The notes beneath the pieces were generated by a model, which searched no databases, was not told the DNA's origin, and worked only from the letters and a program-made list of their open reading frames with translations. Positions 40,179-48,047 of a stretch of DNA of 64,000 bases are shown here, piece after piece. Every line of letters begins with the position of its first letter. Position 1 is the stretch's first letter. The stretch covers positions 1 through 64,000 of IMG/VR virus record IMGVR_UViG_3300022848_000014; one strand, given 5' to 3'. The position numbers and the translations under genes were made by a program. The DNA is from a virus.

Positions 40179-40355
40179 TTATTCCTCCCACCAGTAAAGC
40201 ACCTTAAAGAAGCTCTTTATCATTTCAGGAACATCCCATTCATCACCTAACCAAGTGCTTTCCCCTTCACCATTGTTACAAGAAGGTGCATTGTTTTTTA
40301 TTCTGTATTTACCAACAGAAGTTGGTTGTCTTTCGTTTGTGCTTACCCAAGCCAT
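40179..40355 (-). CDS. 58-aa cassette protein (MAWVSTNERQP..., DUF551-like start)
   Basis: Single ORF filling the space between sites C and D. Confidence 0.6.
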   Translation of the reverse strand: MAWVSTNERQPTSVGKYRIKNNAPSCNNGEGESTWLGDEWDVPEMIKSFFKVLYWWEE

Positions 40356-40367
40356 AATTTTAAAAGT

Positions 40368-40461
40368 TGCTAACAAAAGCTATAAATAAAAGCCTTGTTA
40401 AGGTTTGTGTGTGAATTGAACTTTGTGTTGAAGGCTTCAATTCATAGCCTAGTCATTACCT
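40368..40461 (-). mobile_element. attC-like site C (AAT variant)
   Basis: AGGTAAT..GCTATGAATTGAAGCCTT...AAGGCTTTTATTTATAGC..GTTAGCA on the minus strand. Confidence 0.7.
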
Positions 40462-40469
40462 GCAAGTGC

Positions 40470-41609
40470 TTAGACTTGTGCTAAACTTGAAGATTCGTGC
40501 TTATCATCCCGTAATAATATTTTTTTTCTCCCCTCTTTTGATTCTGCTAATATTAGAGCTTTGAATATTTGAAATGCAACCTGGGGTACAATTGCATTTC
40601 CGTATGCTTTTATTGATTCTTGTCGCCATTTAGGAAAGGTAATTCCGTCCAGTTGGTTGGAAATCCCATCATTTCCGCTACAAATTGGGGATTGAGTTGG
40701 CCATCTACCATCATAGTAAGTCCAACTTGCTTTCCTTTCTCCAAACGATTCAGAACGCATTTGTCCTTTGGGTTTCCCCTGTTCCTGTTGTCGCTTGCAT
40801 TCGGTGTCGGCAACATTCCTTTTTGATTCCACTTCGCTACCGTTTCTTCCAAATTCCCTTTGTTCCTGTTTGCTAATTTCTCGCTGTTTAGATTGCATCC
40901 GTTTACTTGGTTCGCTCTCGGTGTCGGTATTAATCCCTGAGATATTTGATGTGATAATGTTGTTTGAACTTTCGTTCCGTCTTTCCTGTACCAAGAGGTT
41001 TCCTTCCAAATCCAACCTTTTTCTTTTGCTCTCTCTGGCGTTATGTTCGCCATTGGATTTGCGCTCGGTGTTGATAGCAATAAACCAGACCCTATCTCTT
41101 CTATGGGGAGCGTTGACGGCAGCAGCTGGAAGTACACACGGTTGTACTTTGTACCCTTCATTTTCCAAGTCAGCTTGCACCTCGTTGAAAACCAATCCGT
41201 CATTCCAACTAATGAGACCAGAAACATTTTCTGCCACAACATATTTGGGTTTAATCTCTCGAATTGCTCTAAGCATTTCTGGCCAGAGGTGTCGGTCATC
41301 TTCTTTACCAAGTCTTTTACCTGCTGAGCTGTAAGGTTGGCAGGGGAATCCTCCTGTGAGGATGTCAATTTTTCCTCTGTGAATAGAGAAGTCTGTTTTG
41401 GTAATGTCTTCATAAGATATTGCTTTAGGCCAGTAATGTTTTAGTATTCGTTGACCAAATTCGTTCCATTCGCAATGAAATACGTTTTCCCACCCCATCC
41501 ATTCAGCAGCTAAATCAAAGCCACCAATTCCAGAGAACAGAGAACCGTGTTTTAGGCTATCGCCTAATTTGCCATCGCTCAAAAAAATATTATTACTACG
41601 TTCAGTCAT
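40470..41609 (-). CDS. DNA C5-cytosine methyltransferase, large (alpha-like) chain
   Basis: LFSGIGGF, GGFPCQ, ENV, HRRDRVW, C-terminal YGNAIVPQ (motif X); motif IX absent. Confidence 0.92.
   Translation of the reverse strand: MTERSNNIFLSDGKLGDSLKHGSLFSGIGGFDLAAEWMGWENVFHCEWNEFGQRILKHYWPKAISYEDITKTDFSIHRGKIDILTGGFPCQPYSSAGKRLGKEDDRHLWPEMLRAIREIKPKYVVAENVSGLISWNDGLVFNEVQADLENEGYKVQPCVLPAAAVNAPHRRDRVWFIAINTERKSNGEHNARESKRKRLDLEGNLLVQERRNESSNNIITSNISGINTDTESEPSKRMQSKQREISKQEQREFGRNGSEVESKRNVADTECKRQQEQGKPKGQMRSESFGERKASWTYYDGRWPTQSPICSGNDGISNQLDGITFPKWRQESIKAYGNAIVPQVAFQIFKALILAESKEGRKKILLRDDKHESSSLAQV
40610..41413 (-). CDS. Nested out-of-frame C5-MTase small (beta-like) chain carrying motif IX
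   Basis: 267 aa alternative-frame ORF with three (L/I)(S/P)TP repeats and LNPQFVAEMMGFPTNWT. Confidence 0.7.
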   Translation of the reverse strand: MKTLPKQTSLFTEEKLTSSQEDSPANLTAQQVKDLVKKMTDTSGQKCLEQFERLNPNMLWQKMFLVSLVGMTDWFSTRCKLTWKMKGTKYNRVYFQLLPSTLPIEEIGSGLLLSTPSANPMANITPERAKEKGWIWKETSWYRKDGTKVQTTLSHQISQGLIPTPRANQVNGCNLNSEKLANRNKGNLEETVAKWNQKGMLPTPNASDNRNRGNPKDKCVLNRLEKGKQVGLTMMVDGQLNPQFVAEMMGFPTNWTELPFLNGDKNQ

Positions 41610-41644
41610 TTAATTAAAGTTTGTGTTTATTAATCGCACCAGTC

Positions 41645-41700
41645 AGGTAACACGCTATAAAAGCCATTGAAAAAACGGCTCTTATAGCTATTCGTTAGGC
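41645..41700 (-). mobile_element. attC-like site B
   Basis: GCCTAAC..GCTATAAGAGCCGTT TTTTC AATGGCTTTTATAGC.T-GTTACCT on the minus strand. Confidence 0.75.
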
Positions 41701-41716
41701 ACAATTAAAACAAACT

Positions 41717-42550
41717 TTATTGCATATTAATTTCGCTCTCCGTTTCGCTTCTTTTATCTAAGTCGTTTATCCCACACATACCATTACAATCAAACAATGG
41801 TTTAGGCTCTCTACCTTTCATCATACTAATATCTTTCATTTGTGGGTAGTCTTTATGTGGTTTTAGAAATACTAATCCACCGCCTTTACTTTGGTCTTTC
41901 AACATAGTTATTGGCTTACCTTTAACATTTGTTAGTTCATGCTCCATCGCTGCCATTTTATCAAATTTATCAGGAAAGTCTCTACTCATTTTCTGCCAAT
42001 ATCCAATTCCACCTTGTACGCATCCAGTCTTAAAACAATTGTTATTTAAGAACCCTAATTGATACATATTTGGAACTTCAATACTTGCATCTTGTACAAT
42101 CTTAATACAATCCTTTTTATTCAATCCATGCATCATTAAAGGAAATAAAGGTTTTGTTTGTGGATGGTTTAAAACCATCCCTTTTGCTCTCTTATATTCG
42201 TCAAGTTCAAACCCAAAAATTTGATGTTTCCATTCATTAGTCTTTTCCCACGTTTCACGTACTTGCCTTTTCATTTCAGAACTACATACAGCACCCTTAG
42301 CATTGTTCAGTGCTTTGTATCTTCGCCAAACTGCTTGAACGCTTTCGTGCTTTGTACTACTTATAGTCTCAATCTCTATGCCATACCAATCGGCACAGTC
42401 TTTCATAAATCGGTAAGTATCATCGTCTTCATTATGTGTATCAATAAAAATAATTCTTACATTTTCTTTACCATACAAATCAATTCCAATTTTACAAGCT
42501 ACCGCACTTGTAATTCCACCACTCCACCAGCCAATTATCTTATATTTCAT
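41717..42550 (-). CDS. PAPS-reductase-like PP-loop protein
   Basis: WWSGGITSAVAC PP-loop; C..E.KR..R, GF...E..R, Y.LGF.NNNC...GCV.GG.GYW. Confidence 0.75.
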   Translation of the reverse strand: MKYKIIGWWSGGITSAVACKIGIDLYGKENVRIIFIDTHNEDDDTYRFMKDCADWYGIEIETISSTKHESVQAVWRRYKALNNAKGAVCSSEMKRQVRETWEKTNEWKHQIFGFELDEYKRAKGMVLNHPQTKPLFPLMMHGLNKKDCIKIVQDASIEVPNMYQLGFLNNNCFKTGCVQGGIGYWQKMSRDFPDKFDKMAAMEHELTNVKGKPITMLKDQSKGGGLVFLKPHKDYPQMKDISMMKGREPKPLFDCNGMCGINDLDKRSETESEINMQ

Positions 42551-42951
42551 ATTGCAAATGATTTTAAATATTCCACACCATCTTCTAATGTGTCAAAAAC
42601 AATATCAGAAACCTGTGTTACAAAGGATAAGTAATTATCTTTTATTGTTTCGTGATTTGGTTCAAGTACAGTTATAACCGTTTTACCCAATCCTTTAGCA
42701 TAACCAGCCTCACAACATAAACCAATACAGCTCGTGTTTGTTTTTTCAATATAAACAAATAGTATATCACTTTGCTTTATAAAATGCAAATCCCATTTTC
42801 CGTACTCATTCACATTCATAATAACCCTTTCGTTATTCTTAAACTCTTTATCTTTTGGGTTAATCCATTCAATATTATCAGAACATTCTTTTACTTTATT
42901 AGCCCAATCGCTCTTAAAACCACCAGCTAAATATGTTTTTTGTTTTATCAT
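42547..42951 (-). CDS. Nucleoside 2-deoxyribosyltransferase-like protein
   Basis: YLAGG, NP, WDL..I..SD, G...E.GYA..LGK.V. Confidence 0.75.
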   Translation of the reverse strand: MIKQKTYLAGGFKSDWANKVKECSDNIEWINPKDKEFKNNERVIMNVNEYGKWDLHFIKQSDILFVYIEKTNTSCIGLCCEAGYAKGLGKTVITVLEPNHETIKDNYLSFVTQVSDIVFDTLEDGVEYLKSFAI

Positions 42952-42987
42952 TGTATATATTTTTCATATTTTATAATTAATAACTGT

Positions 42988-43118
42988 GCCTAACACGGTA
43001 TAAAAATAATAGCGGTTTTAGGTCTTTATTTAAGGTTAGTAATATTTATTTAATTCTGTTCTTAATCGTTTGGTTCGTGCGTTTCAATCCGCTACTATTC
43101 TTATACAACACGTTACCA
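42988..43118 (-). mobile_element. attC-like site A
   Basis: TGGTAAC..GTATAAGAATAGTAGCGG...CCGCTATTATTTTTATAC..GTTAGGC on the minus strand. Confidence 0.75.
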
Positions 43119-43128
43119 ACAATAAAAA

Positions 43129-43287
43129 TTACTCGTATTGGTCGCTGTCTTTTATCGTTTCAAGAGCACTAATCCTGTCTTGTAAAACTTTCTTCTCTCT
43201 CATTAATAACATTATATCTTCTTCCGCTTTTTTCAAATATAATTTAGTATCCTTTATTGCTGCATCAATTTTTGTCATTTTACTCAT
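43129..43287 (-). CDS. 52-aa coiled-coil protein directly upstream of site A
   Basis: Hand-translated MSKMTKIDAAIKDTK...DQYE; ATGA overlap with the upstream gene. Confidence 0.55.
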   Translation of the reverse strand: MSKMTKIDAAIKDTKLYLKKAEEDIMLLMREKKVLQDRISALETIKDSDQYE

Positions 43288-43676
43288 GGTGTCTTGTGCT
43301 TTTCAGTTTTGTATACGATTCCTCCTGGTACGAAAACTTTACCGTTGTATTTTAGGTGTTCATCCTTGTTGTCCGTCCAAAATAATTCAAAATCGGAATA
43401 AACACTAAGATCATCTCGATCAGAGTAGACGCGAAACTTCATCGACTCTTCTTTTCTTAGCTTCAGGATAGCCTCTCCCTCACCCACGAAAATATACTCA
43501 TGTCCGTAGTCTGCTGTCAATGACTCCACATATACTTCTGAAGGGAAATACAAGTGATAGGTAGTTTTCTGTGCTTTACACGAATTGAATAGGAAGAAGG
43601 TTAAGAAAATTATTCCTGCAGCGAGGGCGCTTAATGTGTAAATGTACTTGCCAATAAAATGATCAGTCCTTGTCAT
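43284..43676 (-). CDS. Membrane-anchored hypothetical protein
   Basis: N-terminal hydrophobic segment. Confidence 0.6.
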   Translation of the reverse strand: MTRTDHFIGKYIYTLSALAAGIIFLTFFLFNSCKAQKTTYHLYFPSEVYVESLTADYGHEYIFVGEGEAILKLRKEESMKFRVYSDRDDLSVYSDFELFWTDNKDEHLKYNGKVFVPGGIVYKTEKHKTP

Positions 43677-43688
43677 GTTGCTTTTTTT

Positions 43689-44096
43689 TTATTGTTGTTT
43701 AATTTTACGTGGAAGCCTCAGGTACCATCTATTTCCTAAGGGCCTCATACTTTTAAGTTCAAAGACAAGAGCATCAATGAACTCTCTATCATACTTGTCT
43801 TTTTCTAACTTAAGACAATTCCTACGATTGAAAATAATATTTAAGTTTCGATCAAAGTACTGCCGAATTTGTGCTGAGGTAAACTTTCTCTTGTTTTTAT
43901 GTGGAAGCCTCAGGTACCATTTATTCCCTAGCACCCTGAAGGTTTGAACTCCATCAAAAAGAATGTCATTGTACACCTGCTCATAGGTGTATATTTCTAT
44001 TTTCTGACAATTACCACGATTGAAAATAAGATTTAAGTTTCGGTCGAAGTACTGCCGAATTTGTGTTTGGGAAAACTTTCTAAAATAATTTCTCAT
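43689..44096 (-). CDS. Basic protein made of two ~64-aa repeats
   Basis: QIRQYFDRNLN.IFNR.NC and LGN.WYLRLP each occur twice; 192-bp DNA period. Confidence 0.65.
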   Translation of the reverse strand: MRNYFRKFSQTQIRQYFDRNLNLIFNRGNCQKIEIYTYEQVYNDILFDGVQTFRVLGNKWYLRLPHKNKRKFTSAQIRQYFDRNLNIIFNRRNCLKLEKDKYDREFIDALVFELKSMRPLGNRWYLRLPRKIKQQ

Positions 44097-44260
44097 CTAT
44101 TTATCTGTTTACCTTGGATTATCTCCATGTGCTTAAGGTTGTATTGGTGTCGTGGCTGATGTAGATTACAAAACTTGAGACTCCAACACGCCCCTTTATC
44201 GCGAACCAACCACTCTGAAGTAGCTCTTTTACCACAATTGCATTTCCCATGAACCGCCAC
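44093..44260 (-). CDS. Small Cys/His-rich hypothetical protein
   Basis: Hand-translated from GTG: MAVHGKCNCGKRA...FCNLH; fills the gap. Confidence 0.4.
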   Translation of the reverse strand: MAVHGKCNCGKRATSEWLVRDKGACWSLKFCNLHQPRHQYNLKHMEIIQGKQINR

Positions 44261-44262
44261 GG

Positions 44263-44838
44263 CTAATTTCCTGAAAACATTCCTGTGGATGCCTCTGGTG
44301 CTTTTGGGTCTGGCATAGAAAGGTATCGGTCAAGTATCTTGTCCCTTAAGATGTACTCTGGGGTCAAATACTTCATTCCATTCTCTTGGTGAAACGAATC
44401 CATCTTTGCCCGATAAATAGCTTTGTGTATTTCCTGAATGCCATATTTTTCGAAAGCTTCAGCAAAGATCTTCTTAGAGCTTTTATCACCCCTCGACTTC
44501 TTGCTGGTAATCTCATTGAATCGCTTGATAAACTCCTTGTACTGGGGGTGATTGGTGATGCTGATCTGCTTAAGCTTAAGAAGCTTGTAAACATTAGCTT
44601 CCATATCTTTTAGGGTCCCTGGCACTCTCTCAAGGACTCCACACAAAATAAGTTCGTCTACCGCAAACCATTCCTCACGTCTCTCATAAACCAAGACTTG
44701 ATTATTACGGAGTTTTATAGGTGTGTCGCTTGGACTCTCCTTTTGACGAATCGCCAAACATATTAGTCTCAAGTAAGACTGAAATGTTTCGGGTGAATGG
44801 GTATTGAGGTGATTGAAATCACTTATGTCTAATAGCAT
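44263..44838 (-). CDS. Phage replication initiator-like protein
   Basis: FN....K......, YLTPEYILR....RYL C-terminal motif of phage replisome organisers. Confidence 0.65.
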   Translation of the reverse strand: MLLDISDFNHLNTHSPETFQSYLRLICLAIRQKESPSDTPIKLRNNQVLVYERREEWFAVDELILCGVLERVPGTLKDMEANVYKLLKLKQISITNHPQYKEFIKRFNEITSKKSRGDKSSKKIFAEAFEKYGIQEIHKAIYRAKMDSFHQENGMKYLTPEYILRDKILDRYLSMPDPKAPEASTGMFSGN

Positions 44839-45148
44839 GTTTTGGGGTCTTTAAGTAATTGATTGCGGTTTCATTCATCAAAATAAACTTGGGGCCAGTC
44901 ATTGGGTCTAACTCCCCTTTGGCATTAAGTTTAGGAAACGGATAGACAACTTCAAAGATTGATGTTCCTGGCTCTATCTTACGCGAAATTGTTGATAGCC
45001 CTACTCTGGCTAATGACGCAAACACACCTATAGGAATCGCGTTCCACCGCAGGTAATACCTTGCGCTTTCTCGGTCTACACCCTGTTTGACTATTTGTTC
45101 CTGAAGATCAATATTGAGACCCAGGACTGGCCTTAGTTTATATGTCAT
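44819..45148 (-). CDS. Hypothetical protein, possible HTH
   Basis: FASLARVGLSTISRKI; first gene after the promoter. Confidence 0.55.
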   Translation of the reverse strand: MTYKLRPVLGLNIDLQEQIVKQGVDRESARYYLRWNAIPIGVFASLARVGLSTISRKIEPGTSIFEVVYPFPKLNAKGELDPMTGPKFILMNETAINYLKTPKHAIRHK

Positions 45149-45166
45149 TTGTGGTTTATTTGATTA

Positions 45167-45197
45167 CAAATGTAGCAGACTATTCTAGGAAAACAAA
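45167..45197 (-). promoter_or_regulatory. Bacteroidota sigma-A promoter for the replication operon
   Basis: TTTG-N19-TACATTTG on the minus strand. Confidence 0.7.
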
Positions 45198-45205
45198 TTT
45201 TACAA

Positions 45206-45889
45206 TTAGAATTGTATTACTGAGTATTGAATTCCAATTCCAATGTTTAACCCAAAACCGTTGTCCCCAATGCCATAAGACACTGAGGGACCAACGCTGA
45301 ATCTTTTTGGCTTCAAGCTGTAATTGAAAGAGCTCAGGTCTTGGGTATAGGTATCTGGATTTAATGATGTCGCCATTATCTGTAGCGTATCGGGTCTGAA
45401 TAGATTCTTCTCCCTATGTACACTGTAATCAAACTTGTTCAAAATCCTCTGCTGAAGGTTAAGGCTGTCTACCCCCATTGTTACAGTTCCTTCTATCCAC
45501 TCCGTACTGAAGGAGGATTGATAGACAGGCATACTATCACGGTATTCGATTATTGTGACCTCATCTGTGCCAATGTCGTATAGAGTCTCTACATCATGGC
45601 TTATAGCGGTAATTGTGTTCTTAAGGTCTTTTAGGGTATTCTGGATTCTCAGGTTTGTCCCCTCTAATCCACGAAGGGCTAACAACTGATCCCGATTCTG
45701 AATCTCTAGGGAATTCTTTTGAGCCACTTGATGACCATGCTTGTTCTGCCAGGACCGCAGACTATCATTGAGGGCTATTTCATTCTTCTTAAATGTTTGA
45801 GTCCTTTGATTGGATTCAACAATAACACCTGCGGAACAGGCTATTGCTATTATGGCTACTAACCATGCTACCTTTTCATTCATACTCAA
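45206..45889 (-). CDS. Spanin-like membrane protein
   Basis: N-terminal TM, coiled coil, C-terminal amphipathic beta strands ending in F (RFSVGPSVSYG...IGIGIQYSVIQF). Confidence 0.5.
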   Translation of the reverse strand: MSMNEKVAWLVAIIAIACSAGVIVESNQRTQTFKKNEIALNDSLRSWQNKHGHQVAQKNSLEIQNRDQLLALRGLEGTNLRIQNTLKDLKNTITAISHDVETLYDIGTDEVTIIEYRDSMPVYQSSFSTEWIEGTVTMGVDSLNLQQRILNKFDYSVHREKNLFRPDTLQIMATSLNPDTYTQDLSSFNYSLKPKRFSVGPSVSYGIGDNGFGLNIGIGIQYSVIQF

Positions 45890-45940
45890 ATGTATAAAAA
45901 AACCCCCATCTGCTTAAGATGAGGGTCAAACCTAACACTA

Positions 45941-46372
45941 CTATGAAAAGTTATGCCAACCAGGATTAATGTGCAAGAAAGAACTTGACAATCCTGAATT
46001 GAATATCCTATTATAGTCTCCGGGGTCTATATGCGCTGAGGCTGTCTTGTCGGGTAGTTCCAGGGCAGGAGGATTTTCAATATTTAGGTTATAAGTCCAG
46101 TATCGACTTTCCCTTGAGTCTGCTTCATGCTTCAAGTAGCAATTACAATAGGAATACTCTAAGTCTTCCTCTAATGTAACGAACATGTCGCCAGCTTCAG
46201 GGAATAGAGTCATTTCCAGACTTGAATAGACACCGATAGTAAAATCGTTGTCAAGGGTCACATCAACTATGCTGATGTCAGGTGGGGCTTCTTCCACAGG
46301 GAATACCGTCGAGGCACTTGCGGAGAAAGAGAACACCAAGATGGCCATTAAGCCGAACAGTGTTTTTTTCAT
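45941..46372 (-). CDS. Secreted hypothetical protein
   Basis: Signal peptide MKKTLFGLMAILVFSFSASA. Confidence 0.6.
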   Translation of the reverse strand: MKKTLFGLMAILVFSFSASASTVFPVEEAPPDISIVDVTLDNDFTIGVYSSLEMTLFPEAGDMFVTLEEDLEYSYCNCYLKHEADSRESRYWTYNLNIENPPALELPDKTASAHIDPGDYNRIFNSGLSSSFLHINPGWHNFS

Positions 46373-46510
46373 CTTTTTGTTTTTAGTATAATAACATTTG
46401 ATTCCAAACATAGCCACAGATTTCGGTAAATCCTAATTAGTCTGATCTTCCGTTATTAACATTCATGCTGTTAATATCAGTCTAACAACTTTGTAATTGA
46501 CTGAAAATCA

Positions 46511-46541
46511 AAATGCCCAGCACTTCGGGTACTGGGCATTT
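46511..46541. terminator. Hairpin, possible bidirectional terminator
   Basis: AAATGCCCAG/CTGGGCATTT stem. Confidence 0.55.
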
Positions 46542-46656
46542 ACTTCGAATAAAAAAATTGCTGTCTAAGTTTCGCTCGTTTGCGATACATTTGACGCTAT
46601 GAAATTGGTATCGCACAATAGTACTCTAATTTCTTCTGAAGCAAAAACAATAGTCG

Positions 46657-46685
46657 AGTCTATCCGAGCAGGATGGGCTTTTTTT
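46657..46685 (+). terminator. Intrinsic terminator
   Basis: AGTCTATCC/GGATGGGCT stem followed by a T-run. Confidence 0.55.
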
Positions 46686-47057
46686 ATATACATACCCTCC
46701 ACGATGCAGTTTTCAGCTCTTTACTGCGTGATCAACAGAGAGAATAATAAAGTGGGGAGACTCTTAAGACAGACCATATCAAAAAAGTGGGGGCAACGCA
46801 CACACACGACCCCCGACTTGGAAATTAACAAAAGATATATCTGATGCACAAAATTACACGTTTTTTTGGATTAGAAAAGCGGAGTAATCTGGTGGAATGC
46901 CAGTTCAAGGGTGTAGACGCTTAATGGGTAGTAAGTCTAAGCATTGCTTTAAATAGCTTTAGACTGAAGGTTCTTGCCTTTCCAAGGATAAAGTGTGAGG
47001 TATGTCCAATCGCCAACGACTTGTAGAAAAGTTGCAAACAAAACTTTTGGCTAAAAA

Positions 47058-47088
47058 TTTGCATCCAATCAAAACCTTATTACATTTG
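47058..47088 (+). promoter_or_regulatory. Bacteroidota sigma-A promoter for the chaperonin operon
   Basis: TTTG-N19-TACATTTG. Confidence 0.75.
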
Positions 47089-47106
47089 TCTCAAACCACA
47101 CGTAAA

Positions 47107-47310
47107 ATGAGTAAAGATTTAAGCAAATACCAAGACGCATTTTTTGTCAGGCAAGAAGAAAAACAAGTAGCTAATTACAATGATGCTCTGGTTGACCCTA
47201 GAACTCGCGATGGCCTTGTGCCAGCATTCGCATTCCAATTTATGATGAAGACCTATGACAAGCATCTGGGTCATGATATTGGGCGAATGATATTTATTGG
47301 ATCAAACTAA
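47107..47310 (+). CDS. Hypothetical protein
   Basis: ATG (MSKDLSKY) just after the promoter. Confidence 0.6.
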   Translation: MSKDLSKYQDAFFVRQEEKQVANYNDALVDPRTRDGLVPAFAFQFMMKTYDKHLGHDIGRMIFIGSN

Positions 47311-47392
47311 ACATTGGCAGTGGGCATTGTGAAAACATCTTTTTTTGTGGTTAAGAAAAGTATTCGCAGTGCCCCTGCTTTAATTTAAAACC

Positions 47393-47770
47393 ATGGCAGA
47401 ACTATTTAACCGTAATAAAGTAGCATCTAAAGGATTGCACAATTACATCCAACGAATGCTTAAGGCAAAGGATAAACGCGAAGTCTTGAAATTATTGCGG
47501 GACTATGCGCCCATCACCAACAAAGCACAGCGACTTATCCTTGGGTTAAAGCCAAACTACTTTAATGTGTTCATGATGCAGAGGGTAGAATACTACACCA
47601 ATAAGCATGTGAGTGATGAAATGGTGATGTTAAGAGAAGTATTCGTTCCAGAATTATTGGAGCAAATCAAGGAGATAGCCGTTAAGGAAAATCGGAACGA
47701 AGAGAAGTTAGTCAAGAATTATATTTTAGGTAAAAACATAAAATCCAAACCGTATGTCAAAGAAAAATAG
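47393..47770 (+). CDS. Hypothetical protein
   Basis: ORF track. Confidence 0.65.
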   Translation: MAELFNRNKVASKGLHNYIQRMLKAKDKREVLKLLRDYAPITNKAQRLILGLKPNYFNVFMMQRVEYYTNKHVSDEMVMLREVFVPELLEQIKEIAVKENRNEEKLVKNYILGKNIKSKPYVKEK

Positions 47771-48047
47771 TGCAATTCCTGTTGGGGATAGAGTACTTGT
47801 AATCCCTGATCAAGCCCAGCAAGAGATGTTTGGGCTTATGATTCCCTCTCAAGCTCAAAAGAAAGTCCAGACTGGTAGAGTAATAGCTGTTGGTAAAGGG
47901 AAGGGCGAATTGGAAATGCAGACAAAGGCTGGGGATACAATTCTCTACAGTGACTTTGCTGGAACTGAAATCAAAATCGATGATGTTGTTCATATCATCA
48001 TGCGTGAAACCGATGTTTATTGCATCCTTAAAAATGAAGAAGTATGA
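47754..48047 (+). CDS. groES: Co-chaperonin GroES
   Basis: PVGDRVLV, GLMIP..A.KK...G.VIAVG.G, KAGD.ILYS.FAGTEIK, IMRETDV. Confidence 0.93.
   Translation: MSKKNSAIPVGDRVLVIPDQAQQEMFGLMIPSQAQKKVQTGRVIAVGKGKGELEMQTKAGDTILYSDFAGTEIKIDDVVHIIMRETDVYCILKNEEV

Noticed and set aside
40768-41334. Plus-strand 188-aa ORF and other antisense ORFs inside long genes (e.g. 61808-62416, 13034-13477)
   Set aside because: Antisense shadows of well-supported genes with no motifs
39144-43118. attC-like sites as plain intrinsic terminators or IS ends
   Set aside because: No T-tails, conserved AAC/GTT cores, cross-cassette complementarity, and no transposase or target duplications seen
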